Source: Tubiluchus corallicola | Lineage: Eukaryota > Animalia > Priapulida | Assembly: GCA_030141605.1 (NCBI GenBank) | Contig: JAQGDQ010000512.1 | Span: 94,929 to 158,928, forward strand | Length of the DNA stretch: 64,000 nucleotides | Direction: 5' to 3' | Part shown: one piece after another, positions 1-13,130 of the stretch | Layout of the letters: every line of letters starts with the position of its first letter | Position numbering within the stretch: the first letter of the stretch is position 1 | The notes under the pieces: generated by a model | Databases searched by the model: none | Seen by the model: only the letters and a program-made list of their open reading frames with translations | What the model was told of the DNA's origin: nothing | Position numbers and translations under genes: made by a program

Positions 1-118
1 TGCTGCAAAGTGACGGCAATTTTATAGCTGCAACGCTTCCTGTGCAAGCAATCAAGATTCTTGATTTTAAACAAAAAGTTTCACATCTCTTCAGAGTCTC
101 ATTAGAGCAAGCTGCCAT
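1..118 (-). CDS. PPCDC: Phosphopantothenoylcysteine decarboxylase, N-terminal part (runs off the window's left edge)
   Basis: Minus-strand ATG at 118 gives MAACSNETLKRCETFCLKSRILIACTGSVAAIKLPSLCS. ILIACTGSVAAIKLP matches the HFCD flavoprotein/PPCDC N-terminal motif (xxGxTGSVAAxKLP). Too short for the ORF track. Confidence 0.85.
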   Translation of the reverse strand, partial: MAACSNETLKRCETFCLKSRILIACTGSVAAIKLPSLCS

Positions 119-888
119 ATCAATTATCAACACATTTCAGTAATCACTGTTCCCTTTCACTTCCACACACTAAAAGATGCACCCACCAAGAGTGCTTTGC
201 ATAATTTTTTTATGAAACTGCTGACTAATGCACAAAATGCTAGAAAATATAAATCTTGTTCTAGGACAGCGTTAGTAAATAATTTTCTATTATCATCCAT
301 ACATATATTAATTATTTGTATTAGACTAATTACTACGGTACCTTGCTGAGGGACGTAAGAAAATGTATCTATGGACCACAAGTGTGATTTTGCATTTGAA
401 TCAAGTTCTGTTGTTTAATGGAAAAACATGGCTGGCTAATGTTCTAGGTGAACAGATGTATTTTTCATAATTTGCAGTTTACTGCGTGTAGCTGGAGTTA
501 ATGGTCAGTCTACCATGCGTAAAATGAACTATTGCAGTTTATGTAAAGCATTATTATATGTTTGGCACTTTCCGAGATTGGATTCAAGTTGCGGTCTTTC
601 CTACCCTACTTTTTTGTTTATTTGTCGTTAAACACTTGAAAGAAGTGTGACTTAACCAAGACTAAAGCTTATACAAATATTTAAAAATCACGGATATTTT
701 AAAAATTTTAAATATTTTAAAATATTTAGACAAATTATGCACGGAAACCGTAATATTTAAAATAGCATGTGTTTAGCTAGTTCATTTTATTTCAGGGCAA
801 CTACTTCGTGTGATTTCTCTTCATCGCTCAAACATCGAATTCAAGTACTCCACTAGAGTCTCTGTTTTCTTCGAACTTCTTTTACAAG
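119..888. promoter_or_regulatory. Putative bidirectional promoter and 5' UTR region between PPCDC and ATP6V0B
   Basis: Divergent start codons are only ~770 bp apart. An acceptor-like ttcattttatttcag ends at 795, upstream of the ATP6V0B ATG (5' UTR intron or outron). Confidence 0.5.
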
Positions 889-3800
889 ATGGGACTTGCA
901 AACTCTTATACATTTCATCTGTCATATTCATTGTTTTTCACTGTACTTAGCATTATAGGTATGAATTTTTACTAAAATAATAGTAATAGTAATAGTAATT
1001 TATTTTCCTCCATATACAATAATTTGACAATAAAATACACAAAAATACAAACAAACATAGGAGAAAGGGTGGCGAAAAACCAAAGGTTATCGAGTCAACC
1101 ACCCTTCTCAAAGGACAGTAAACAAAAGGACGCTAAGGACAGTAGACACAGCTATATTAAAAAATACATAAACGTGCAGAAATACAAAAAACAAAAATAC
1201 AACAGCAAAAGACAAAAATCAAAAACCATGACAAATTTACGAACTACTAAGCAAAATACCTTACAATTGTTTCTGATAAATACATCTAATAAATACACAA
1301 ACGTACAGAAATACAAAAACAAAAATACAACAGCGAAAAAGTGAGTTTGCACCTCATAAAAATGTTTTTAAGCAAAAGTTACCATAAGAATGTACATCTA
1401 ACAGACAAAAAAACTGATTTATTTGTAAGCTTCAAGAAGTGCCTTAGCGTACTGTTTTTTTAGCGAATGCAGGGGTAAAGAAGTTATATGAGCAGGTAGA
1501 GAGTTCCATAATACTGATCCCTGATATTTTAACGACGTTTGACCCTTAGATGTATTAAATCGTTCGATAAAGAAAGAACTGTTAGTAGAAAACCTAGTGT
1601 TGTAACTGTGAATATCGGATGCTGGCGTATAGTAATTTAGAAACAATTCTGGTAGTAAGTTATTCTTAAATTTGTATACAAATTTTGCAAGCTCGAGTTT
1701 GTAGATATCATTCAGTTTTAAGAGGCCCAATTGAATGTAGGATGGCGTTGCATGTTCCCGTCTACCAGAAAATGTCATCAGCTTAACTATAATGTTTTGA
1801 TGAGTTTGTATCGGTTTTAAAGTATTTGAAGATGCAGTGCCCCAGGAAAGAATCCCATAGTGAAGATAAGAATAAACCAAAGCATGGTATATTAGTTTTA
1901 GTACATCTGTATTTACGTAGTGTCTTATCCTCGCAATTATGCCCTTGATTTTGCTAATTTTGTAGGTTATGTGTTTTGTTTGTGTAGACCATGTTAAGTT
2001 ATCATCAATGAACATACCGAGGTATTTAATTTCTTTAGACCTAGTTAATATTTGATTATTCATTGAAATCTGGAAATTTTCATATGCGTCTGTTTTGCGG
2101 CCAGGCGTAATCAGCATGTATTTTGTCTTTTTATAGTTAATAGACAGTTTGTTAGCTTTCATCCACTGATTAATCTTATGCAATTCACTGTTAACTGAAG
2201 TTTGTAAATTAATTATCTTTGTATCTGTTAAGAATAGATTAGTGTCATCTGCAAACATTCTAGTGTGGAAGTTTGAACAGTTTACAAGATCATTTATGTA
2301 CAAAAGAAACAATATCGGGCCTAGAGTAGAGCCTTGTGGTACTCCACATGTTATAGTAGTTAGATTTGAGCTAGTATCTCCAATGGAAGTGTACTGTTGT
2401 CTGTTGTGCAAGTAAGATGCAAAGAAATTTTGGGATAGTCCTCTAATACCATAATGTTTCATTTTTTGGAGTAATATATTATGTTGTACAGTGTCAAAAG
2501 CCTTGGACAGATCTAGGAAGATGCCACACACAAATACATTTTTGTCAATATTATTAAGAATTCTATCGGTTAGTTCAGATACAGCTAAGGCAGTAGAATG
2601 ATTTTTCCTGAAACCAAATTGGTGTTCTGATAGTATTTTGTTTGTTGAAATGAATTTGTCAAGCCGGATAAAGATGAGTTTTTCAAATATTTTGGCAACC
2701 GGTGAGAGTAAAGATATAGGTCTATAGTTGGTGGGATTTTCAGGTGATTCAGACTTATAAATTGGAATTACTTTCGCTAGTTTTAAAATGTTAGGAAATA
2801 TGCCATCAGTAATCGATTTATTATAAAGTGTCGTTAAGTATGGTGTAATAATGCTGACAGCTAGTTTATAAAAATAAATTGGAATATTCTCTGGACCTGC
2901 AGATTTATTAATGTTTAACTTATTGATTTCCACACATGTTTCATTTTCTAATATAGGGTACATAAAAAATGTGCTATTTACTGGGTTCTTCAAAAAAGAA
3001 TCAAATTTTAGTTCAGTGTATGGTATCTTTCTCGCCATATTGCTACCTATGTTACTAAAAAACTGGTTTAGTATTTCACTTATATCCTTATGGTTATTGT
3101 ACTCATTACCATTTTGTGTTAACTTGTTAGGTTGAAAATGGTTTTTCACTTTACAGTTTGTAATTTCATTTATGGTTTTCCATGTTAGTCGCATATTATT
3201 TTATTTCCTTGGAGCACTTTTGAGTAATAGTTACGTTTTGACTGTTCTTTTATTCGATTTAGTTTATTACAATATGTACGATAATATTCATTTTTGTATA
3301 AACTGTCGGATAATTTATGAGTTTTGTATAATTGACTTTTTTTTCTGATAGAAGTTAGGATACCTTGAGTTAACCAGGGTTTGTAAAATGTCTTAGTTTG
3401 TTTTCTCGACAAGGTTTTATACGGGGCATGGTAGTTAACAGTTTCTGTAATTATATTCATGAATTTTTCAAATGCTTCGTTTGTTGACATTGTCACAAAA
3501 GATTCGTTGTTTAGTTTATAAGTTAAGTCATTTAAGAAACCGTCTTGATTGAATTTACTCTTGTCACGGATTGTTACTTTTGAGTTCGCACGTTTACTAA
3601 TTGAATTTTTGACGATGCAAAAGATAGGCAAGTGGTCAGCGATTTGGTAAAGTATAATGCCTGGAATGATGTAGTCTTTTAGGTTATTTGTGTAGATGTG
3701 ATCTATAAGTGTTTTGGATGTGTGAGTAAGTCTAGTTGGTCGTGTTATAATGGGTGTGAATTGATTGCAGAATACCATATTGAGATGTTCGGATATATAT

Positions 3801-6800
3801 GATTTAGTTTCATGGTGAAGCAGGTTAAGATTGAAATCACCACATACATAACTAATCTTGCCAGTTTTATTAATGTCGGACATAATGTTATCCATTGCCT
3901 CATGAAAGTGATTAATGTTAGTATTTGGATGACGGTAAACAACACCAAAGATAATATGCTTAGAATGTATATTAGTTTCTATCTGTATCCAGAGATCTTC
4001 GCACTGCATGTCGGATTGAAAAGTAAGAGATGAATTAGCATTTTGGATAGAGTATTTTGTGATTTTAGTATAATTTAGCTGATTAGATACATAAAGTCCA
4101 ACCCCCCCTGCTCTTGTATTAGAATCAGTATGTAAAAAAGTGTAATTGGGTATATTACATAAAAAAATATTTTTATCGTTAACTCGAGTTTCCGACACTG
4201 CTATTATGTCGGGTGGCCTCTTAAAATGCTGAAGCACATCTGTTATGTCATGATAGTGTTTGTGAAGGCTATTGGGATTAATATGTATGAAGCTAAAATC
4301 CTTATCATTGTTGTGCAAAAAGGCTGATGACTGCAGCGTGGTGAGTTTATAGTATTTGCTATCATACAGAGTATTATGATTAATGTCGGGATCTTTGTCA
4401 TCATCATCATTAAACGAGGACAAACTAGCTGTACAGTTGAGTGACAGTAATTGTTCAATTTCACTATTGCAATAACTAAAATGGACAAAATCATAAAAGT
4501 CATCATCGTCTGCCATCTGAAGTGGCAATATCGAATTAATGCAAGGCAAGCAAAAGTATGTATCACTAGAATTAGCTAAATTTTGAAACTGTTGTAATGA
4601 TAGGCATGTGCACTTCAGATGGCACCAATTCTGACAGTTGTCACAATAAATAGCATTCTGATTCGACCTACAGACTTTAGAGCAGACTGTACATGGATAA
4701 GATGCCATATATTAAATAACTGAAAAGTGCAACATTAAGGTTAAAGATGAGAATTGGTCTGCGATGACATGGCTGGGTTATATCCCATTCTCAGCAGAAC
4801 TTGAAGAGAGTCAATTGGTACTGCTTCAGAATCATCAGAGTCAGACCTCTTTAAATAGATGCGACCATATCGAGACCATACATATTTGTACCGCAGTTGC
4901 TTTTTGCACTGTCGTGCATGGTATAGCAAGGATCTATTTTGCTTTGTAAGGTTTTCATTTATATAAATTTTGCTTACTGTTGAAAAGCCTAGGTCGTGAG
5001 CAGAGTTGATTCGTTTCCTGGCTGCATATACTTTGTCACGGATGTCGCGTCGTACAAACTTGACGATAATTGCTGGAGCACTACCAGATCTTGTCTTTTG
5101 CAGTCGATGCGAAGTAGCAATATCTTCAGGAGCTATTTGTACACCAATGACATCACAAAGCCTTTTGATAATGGTGTTAGTAGATTCATGCTCAATGAAA
5201 GGGATACCTGTAATTTCTAGCATGTCACGCCTCTCGTATTGTTCAAGGTCATTCACAGATTTTTCAGATGCAGTTTTTTTTTTTCTAGTTTGCTTATTGT
5301 ACATTTCAGTATTTTGTTTTCCTCTTCTAGATTTCTCATTTTTTCCTCATTTTGCTTATTCTGTTCTTGCAAATCTTCATATTGTTTTGAAATAAATTCC
5401 TGACTTTTCACAAGTCCGCCTATTTGTCTGTTTACTTCTGTAAGTTTTGAATCTATAGATGCTGAATTGTCATAAATCCTCTTACCCAATCGTTCCTCCA
5501 TTGCTGTCAGTCGTTTTTCAAAAGCGGAAAGAAGTGCCTGTGCTGTATCCTCGTTTAAGCTGCTATTAGATGATATATATAAAAGATATATTTCGTTTTG
5601 TTGTATGTCATACAGAAACACGCACACAAACTGTGTGTGTCTCTCTCTCCCTCTCTTTCTCTCTCTCTCTCTCTGTGTCTCCCTCTTCCTCTCTCTCTCT
5701 CTCCCTCTCCCTCTCTCCCTCTCTCTCAACAGAAAATGTGCATTCAGTTTATGCGTCAGGCTGAATAAGAGTGAAAATTTTAAACAGTGATGTAAACTTT
5801 TCTTCTTCAATTAGACGTCATTGACGTAGTTTGTTATATCGTTAATTGTTATTTGGTGTATTGTTGTGTGTTTTGATTTATTGCATTTATTTGTATTGAT
5901 TTGTGATGTGTATATGAAAAGTTTGTAAAGTTTGAAATAAAGTATGTAATCAAATCAAATTAAATCAAATCTCTCAGCAGATTTGGTAACATTAATTTCT
6001 GTGATGATTGGTTAACAAAATCTGATTTCCAATGTGTACATGAATTTATATTTTGCACTAAACATCCAGTAGCTTCTATCTCATGTGAAATGTATCAGTT
6101 GTAAATATTTGCGGATTCAAATTTTAACTCTCGATTTATTACTTATACCTAATGTAATCTTGTGGTAGAAATTGCCAATTCTTATTGTAACTGTTTTGTA
6201 AATAGTGTATTTAGTTTGTGGTGAGGATTTTTAACCCTTTCTGTCCCAAATTATTTTTTTAATAAGAAAAAAATGTTTGGCTTGGTACTTTTGTTCAGTA
6301 TGTCCATCTTGTTTGCACATAATAATTATTTTTTCTACCTGTGCCCGCGTGGTAAATATAGCCTGTATCCCACAGGATACATTGGGATTTAATGGTTGCT
6401 AAACATGACAAAAAGGAAATGCTGATAATTTTTTAAAGTATCTAAGACATTTAGTATGCATGCTATGCTAATCTGTACAAAGTCGTCTCTAAAGTACTGT
6501 ACTTTGCACAGTTTTTTGTGCTATGTAGATTTTCTAGTTTGCCATTTCATCACTATTTTTAGTCTGTTGTTATTGGCTTAAATCAAAATAACTATTAACA
6601 GATCAAATAACTGTCAGTTTTAAAATTTTATTAATTTTAAAGGCAGAAAATATTCTCGTATCCCACGGGTTACAACGGGTATGAAAGGGTTAATCGTGTT
6701 TCAAAACTGTCTGATCCAATGCTATGATGAATTATATTTAAACTAAAATCTGATTACATATTAAAAACCATAAAGCTGATGTGGCTGACCATCTTTTGCC

Positions 6801-9800
6801 AGTATGAACTTTAAGGACAACAAAAATTTCCATAATTTTCAGCATTTTAACTGCATTCTCATTTTTGTAGGTTTATGGTACCTGTTGTCAGGCCAGGGTC
6901 ACCGGTTTGATTTCGGATGGGTTCTGGCTGAAATGCACCCACACATGTGGGCGTACACCGGAATCGGTCTAGCGATATCCTTGTCGGTCGTCGGTGCCGC
7001 ATGGGGCATCTACACTACCGGCAGCAGTATCACCGGAGGCGGAGTCAGAGCTCCACGAATCAAAACGAAGAACTTGATTAGCATCATCTTTTGCGAAGCC
7101 GTTGCTATCTATGGTACTTTTAACTCCTCCTTCTACATGAAACGTTTGCAAACTTAAAGGAAAACCGGATGATTGTGTAAACAAGAGTTCAGAATAAAGA
7201 ATGCTCTAAAATATTGAAATCAAATCTGCTTAGATTAAATAATAATTACCTCGGATACTCAAATTTCGTTAAACTTTCAAAGCTACGCGCGGCTTAGTGA
7301 ATCTACTACGATTGACAACGGCGCCTTTTTGTCTCATTCGCGTGGCGGACAAATAGATGGCGGTACCGTGACAACCATGGTCATGAACTGCAGTGTTAGT
7401 TTCTGACGTCATGATATACAGCCCATATTTTGTGACATCATGCGTTTAAGCAGTACGGTATCACTGATGCAAATGTGCTTGATGCACAATGGAAGATGCC
7501 TGCCATTGCACAAACTGTGGTTAGTTTCTGACGTAAGCAATAGCTGTGTTCGGTTGACTTTCTAAGCTAATTATTAAAATGTAAGAAAGAATTACTAACT
7601 TTTATAGGCAAGAAAATGTATATTTTGGACAGTAAATTAAAATAAGATTGTGTCTAAACAATCGTCCGGTTTTCCTTTAATAATGTAACATTCTGAACTG
7701 CATGTTATCTTTAATTAATAATGCTCAACTCCTTCAGGATGGCACCATTCAAAATAGGTCATTCACTGAAAAACAATGAATGAGAGGCCGCAAAAAATTA
7801 GGTGCTTCCTGGGAATTGAACCTTGCTCACTGTACTGTTTCCCTGCCCAAAAACTTGGGGAGCCACACGGCTTTTTAAACATCTTGAATTTATGAATGGA
7901 AAGTGACGACTGATTTCTTAAACTGACTTTGTCGCCTCTCTCGCCTGTCTTGCTTCTGACAAATGCTTATATTCGCTTACCTACATAACAGTACATTCCT
8001 TTATGTGCAATTGTTTGCTGTATAACTGTTTGTGGTGTGTTGCCAACAGTCGAAACGAACGCAGTGTAACTGCTTTGTAAAATGGAAACAATTGCTGAAA
8101 TTAGGCAGTATTTTCACTATGTGTACATTATTATTTTGTATGACTGAATTTAAGCGTTCGTTGAAATGACGTATCTTGTGAGTTACCTATTACTCTCCTG
8201 CTGCTGTATGAGCACAGACATAACTAAATGATTGCAAATTAGGTTCTGTTCAATTTAGGAGAATCTCGGCCATCCGTTCGTGATATTTTTATAAGCATTT
8301 ATAAGCGATTTAACTGGATGAAAGTTAAAAAAAATCGCCCTCTTTAGGCATTCCAACTTAGATCATTAAGTAGCTTAGTGCGGTGTACACTTGCGTGCTC
8401 GCTAGTTTATTGATCGCTTGCTTGCCACACCCAAGCTGTGCAGTGTTCTGCTGCTATTCCAGGAGAAACCGACCGATCAGCCAAGGAGAAATTAAGGTTA
8501 TTTCATCTTTTAACAAGAATTTCTCGTTAAAAATAGAGTTGACTTGAAGCGAAACTGTTTCAGAGTGTTGTGTCTAGATAGTTGAAATTTTCTGCATTAG
8601 CTAGTTTCACACAAGTGATACTGTACATTGTTACAGTGTAAACACTGCAGTTACTGAAAACTTTTTTTGTTTTTTTGAATTTTTTCATCAAAAATATATT
8701 TTTAATTTACCTAAGGTAAGCCAATACATCTCATATATAATTTTGCATGAAAATCTATTGTATGAGGAGTAGAAACCTGCAAAAATTATCAAATATAACG
8801 CAATCGCTGCTTAGCGAGAGCGGTTTTTCACGAACACGTGCAAAATTTAGCAAACACTTACGGTTCTGAGGGATTTAACAGAGAAATCAGCTTTGTCGAG
8901 ACATGATTTAGATTTTTTTAAATTTAGATTTGCTTATTCATCCATTTAGCGCGATACAAAAACAAAAGATATAAAATTACTAATTAACAGCGCATTACAG
9001 TGCTATGAGCGCAGCAGAAGAAATTAACTTATGAGCTAGGCAAGTGATTAAGCTATGATTATGTAAAATTGTGCTATCATCGTTTGTCTAGTACAAATAG
9101 TTTTTCTGCAGTTTCTTGTCATTTCCATAGTGTGCAAAATCCGCCATCTTGTCACTGTGTGACTTTTTTTCGTAGGCATCATTATGGCCATCGTCATCAG
9201 TAATCTGGTCGAGCCGTTCAACTTAGACAATGTAGATCCAGACCTCCAGTACACCACCTTAGCTATTAATACGTTTTCCGGGTAAGTACCTATTGTATCC
9301 ATTAAAATATCATATCAGCAATATATTTGACAGACATTCTTTGGATTTACTTTCATTGATTTAGTCGCAAGTCTCCAGCGCCTAATAATAATCTTTATTT
9401 AAAGTCGGCTTTTGGGTCAACAATTAACATTAGCTCAAAGAGCCATTATCGCCGACTGTAAATAACAACCTACAATAACATAACAGAGACTATTATTACC
9501 CCACTTTTACCCTAAATACCACGCGTCAGGCAGGACAACAGCAGGTACCATTTTTAAAGTCTTTGGTATGACCCGGCTGCTGGTTCGAACTCACGACCTC
9601 CCAGACGGAAAGCAGACTAAACCGTCTGGTCTACGCAACCAGCCGGCGACTCACATGTCACCTTTTTGCGTGTTCTGATTGTTTATAACCATAAATGAAG
9701 GAGTAAGTGATTGGAATTATGGCTTTATTCCAATTTAAAGAGCAGCACCATTCTAATTGCAAGGTGCACTGCCTAAAAGAACACCAAACCAAAGTGTTGT

Positions 9801-12800
9801 AACAGTCATAGATGTTAATTAGTTACTCAACATTATAACACTTATTATTCATATTTTTGCTGCCGTGGGGTTAACGAAGCACAGCATGTAGGGGAAAGGT
9901 CTATCAAGGTAGGGTTACCATACGTCCGGGTTTCCCCGGACACGTCTCCTTTTTGGGCCTCTGTCCGGGCGTGTTTTCAAAAAATCGGCAGTTTGTCCGG
10001 GTTTTGCCTCAATCCGTAAGTATGTACAGACGTTGCCAACTGCAGAGGCGTACGACAGTATGAGACAAAGAAAAGCTCGTTAATTTCCAATACAAGATGT
10101 TGCTAACATCTCAATATGCAACCTTTGTAAAAGCTTTGTGTACATATTTACTGAACAAAAGTAAGCGATGCGCACATCACTGTGGGTCATACGACTCACA
10201 CCGCTGTCGATGCTCGGCGTATTCGCTAACGACTTAAAATTATGTCAGCTTCCGGGAGCCATTTTGTTTGTCTTTATGTGAATTTCTTTCACTTTGTATA
10301 GTTTCGCTGTTTTCCAGTTTTGAGCAACTGGTAAAAGTTAATTAGAAAGTAGCAATGCCGAAACGACAGTGTGCATTTACAGATGAAATGAAGGCCAAGT
10401 ACCCGTGTCCTCTTTTTCAACTCAGACAATATGGTAACCCTATATCAAGGTGAAACTGACAATACAGTGTTCCCTCACTTATCGCGGGTGTTCCGTTCCA
10501 GGCCTACCCGTGATAAGTGAATTTCCGCAAAGTAGGGATGCTATACTTATTTTAGTAGTTATACATTAATAGCCAATCAGCGACTGGGATACACAGCAGC
10601 ATTTTCTGGTTGGTCACTTTCCATCAATCAACCAATCGTGTGTTGTGTACAATCTCGCGTCGGCAAGTGGCATCTCAAGCGGGTGCAAGTACTACATTTC
10701 GTTTTTAGTGTGTATTCATCCACCGAATGAATACACTATTTACTGTAATAGTAATTTCTTATGATTTATAATATTCTTTTAACGTTAGAATTAATATTTT
10801 TAATATATTTTTATACATTTTGTGATTTTTTTATGCAAAATTCATCAAATCTATACATTAGTGTACAATACGTACTACTCATGTGCAAAAATACTTTAGA
10901 CGGAGTACCGCAAAAACCCGCGAAACAGCGAATAAATATTTTACATTAGTATTTTTGAAAACCCGCGAAACAGCTAGTCCGCGATAAACAAACCGCAAAG
11001 TAGCGAGGGAACACTGTACTGTACAGCTAGTTATCAACTTGCGGCCACAATTGGTTCTGGCGAATTCAAGAAAATTTCTTGAGAAAAAAATGTTTATGGC
11101 TAAATAAAAATTTTTAACAGAAAACCAAGAAACGTGTCAAGCTCTTGTTTGTTTGCGCAATCCCCGATCAGTCAGCTGATTTGCATAGTGAAGTTCTGCT
11201 TATGTATGCCATTTACTTAGTGTCGATTCTCTTATCCATTACCATTGTCTAGACAGTTTTTAACTAACAGCTCTGCATTTAGGGGGTGGTGGCCTGCCCT
11301 CCTTTCATGGTAGAGGTGGAGGCCTGTCTCCTTTCGTGGTGGAGGGTGGAGGCCTGCATCCTTTCATGGTGGAGGGTGGAGGCCTGCCTCCTTTCGTGGT
11401 AGAGGGTGGGGGCCTGTCTCCTTTCATGGTAGAGGGTGGAGGCCTGTCTCCTTTCGTGGTAGAGGGTGGAGGCCTGCATCCTTTCATGGTGGAGGGTGGA
11501 GGCCTGCCTCCTTTCGTGGTAGAGGGTGGGGGCCTGTCTCCTTTCATGGTAGAGGGTGGAGGCCTGTCTCCTTTCATGGTAGAGGGTGGAGACCTGCCTC
11601 CTTTCGTGGTAGAGGGTGGAGGCCTGCCTCCTTTCATGGTAGAGGGTGGAGGCCTGCCCCCTTTCATGGTAGAGGTGGAGACCTGCCTCCTTTCGTGGTA
11701 GAGGGTGGAGACCTGCCTCCTTTCGTGGTAGAGGGTGGAGGCCTGCCTCCTTTCGTGGTAGAGGGTGGAGGCCTGCCTCCTTTCGTGGTAGAGGGTGGAG
11801 GCCTGCCTCCTTTCGTGGTAGAGGGTGGAGGCCTGCCTCCTTTCGTGGTAGAGGTGGAGACCTGCCTCCTTTCATGGTAAAGGGTGGAGGCCTGCCCCCC
11901 TTTGATGGTAGTAGTGAAATTATGAATCACGAGCTTGAGATGACGTAATGAATTTTAAACTAGCGAACTTGCCAGAGGAAATAGCTTCTAGCAGCTGCAA
12001 GATGGTCCAAAATGCAGTAAAATGCACGTGTAGCCGAGATTTTCTGCCGTTTAGCTGTGACTGGTGCGAAATATTAGCACACGCGCAAACTTATTAAATT
12101 TTATATGAACAGTGGGTGTGCCAGTATACATGCGTGTTGTTAGCGTTATCAACTTTACCCCTTTCGCCAAGTTGCCTTTTGTTTTCAACTTCTTCGTTTT
12201 TGCATTGCACTCGTCTTTCTAGTTATAGCCTCGTTACTTTGCGAGTTACAATAAAATTGTTAAATTTATTCTTGTCGTCTTGGTGTTTGAGAGAGAGCTG
12301 GTACATTCTTTAATTAATGGCGGTGGGCTGTAAACTTACCAGTCTCAAATCAGTTTCATGTTTTTAAACTCTGGCGGCGCGGCCATGGCGAATTTGTCGT
12401 AGCACATGGCGGTTTAAAATTAATTTGCATAGAAAAGGAAAGATGAGTTATTATTAGTTTTGCTTAAGCAATTAATTAAGTTGTGGCCGGTTCGTAAAGC
12501 CGAGAAGTCACATGGGTCGTCGACTACTTGTACAAGTTTTTTGAATTGCACTCATAAGTCATTTATATCATATTACACATTTACAAGTTTCATGTACAAT
12601 ATCTAGTGAAAGGGCCTACAATGACCGTAATACAAATAAGAAATACTGCACAGGAAAAGCCTCAAACACTGTTCACTTATATACGGAGGTAAATGTGTTG
12701 CGGGCAATCAAAAAGCAGGGCTTGTTAGATTGTCCCACACTGTGAAAGAAAAAAAAGTAATGGAAATAATCTGAAAATTTAAAGTGAATCGTATTATAAA

Positions 12801-13081
12801 AAAAGTTAGCGCTTAAAATGGAATGACGTAATGAATAAACTGTTTATTTCAACAGGTACGCCTGCTTTGGAGCCGGACTCACCGTCGGCTTGGCGAACCT
12901 CTTCTGTGGCATCGCCGTAGGCATCGTCGGATCGGGAGCGGCCCTCGCCGATGCACAAAACGCTGCTCTGTTCGTCAAGATTCTCATTGTAGAGATCTTC
13001 GGCAGTGCCATCGGACTATTCGGTGTCATTGTTGCCATTTTGCAAGTGTCCAGCGTAAAGATGGGCAACAAAGTTGCTTAA
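889..13081 (+). CDS. ATP6V0B: V-type proton ATPase 21 kDa proteolipid subunit c''; exons 889-958, 6871-7113, 9176-9281, 12856-13081 (214 aa)
   Basis: GT-AG junctions with consistent phases (1,1,2). Motifs: [47 protein letters not shown] (conserved proton-carrying Glu) and [44 protein letters not shown]. Confidence 0.95.
1419..4708 (-). CDS. LINE ORF2: PHD finger, APE endonuclease and reverse transcriptase (one frameshift at ~3200)
   Basis: N-terminal C4HC3 PHD finger. Endonuclease motifs SET, GGVGLY, YRHP, GDFN, LIDHIY, ADH. RT motifs [38 protein letters not shown]. The two ORF-track pieces join if one A is added to an A-run (NKNNMRLTW). Confidence 0.9.
4741..5571 (-). CDS. LINE ORF1 (coiled coil, RRM and CTD; L1/FP25K-like), frameshifted at the homopolymer at ~5274-5284
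   Basis: Heptad-rich LTAMEERL...NLEEENKIL segment, then [33 protein letters not shown] and YKYVW..GRIY motifs. Confidence 0.8.
5632..5727. repeat. (GT)n/(CT)n microsatellite
   Basis: Direct reading. Confidence 0.9.
6235..6689. mobile_element. piggyBac-like MITE inserted in an old LINE 3' remnant
   Basis: TTAA|CCCTTTC...GAAAGGG|TTAA. The flanks join into a sequence resembling 61930-62025. Confidence 0.85.
7158..7676. mobile_element. Kolobok-like MITE
   Basis: TTAA|AGGAAAACCGGATGATTG...CAATCGTCCGGTTTTCCT|TTAA. Confidence 0.75.
9383..9640 (-). mobile_element. tRNA-derived SINE with a MetaSINE-like central domain
   Basis: On the minus strand: B box GAGTTCGAACC, then GGGTCATACCAAAGACTTTAAAAATGGTACC, ending AATAAAGATTATTATT. 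Confidence 0.7.
9910..10442 (+). mobile_element. hAT deletion derivative (family B)
   Basis: TIR TAGGGTTACCATA and 8-bp TSD TATCAAGG. Retains a transposase-like start [17 protein letters not shown]. Confidence 0.9.
10465..11016. mobile_element. Tc1/mariner-pogo-type MITE
   Basis: TA|CAGTGTTCCCTC...GAGGGAACACTG|TA. Confidence 0.85.
11282..11905. repeat. GC-rich 30-bp minisatellite (~21 units) in ATP6V0B intron 3
   Basis: Unit GGTAGAGGGTGGAGGCCTGCCTCCTTTCRT. Confidence 0.95.
12556..12835. repeat. Interspersed repeat; inverted copy at ~28170-28590
   Basis: Near-identical reverse-complement match (e.g. GTACAATATCTAGTGAAAGGGCCTACAATG). Confidence 0.75.
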
Positions 13082-13130
13082 ATCCTTCGGGCAAAAGAGT
13101 AAATACTTTCATAATGCGTGCAACTACACT

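Larger units (their letters stand above)
976..5571 (-). mobile_element. CR1/L2-group non-LTR retrotransposon, slightly 5'-truncated, antisense in ATP6V0B intron 1
   Basis: ORF1 followed by ORF2, a 3' UTR with a stem-loop (gaagggtgg...ccacccttt at ~1060-1110), and an AATAAA plus (TTACTA)3 tail ending ~20 nt from the host donor site. Confidence 0.93.

Noticed and set aside
5572-5810. N-terminal part of the 185-aa ORF as LINE ORF1
   Set aside because: Reads through flanking (GA)n sequence; the element appears truncated near 5571.
11279-11930. Repetitive ORFs ([15 protein letters not shown])
   Set aside because: Artefact of a 30-bp unit being open in several frames; intronic, with no splice support.
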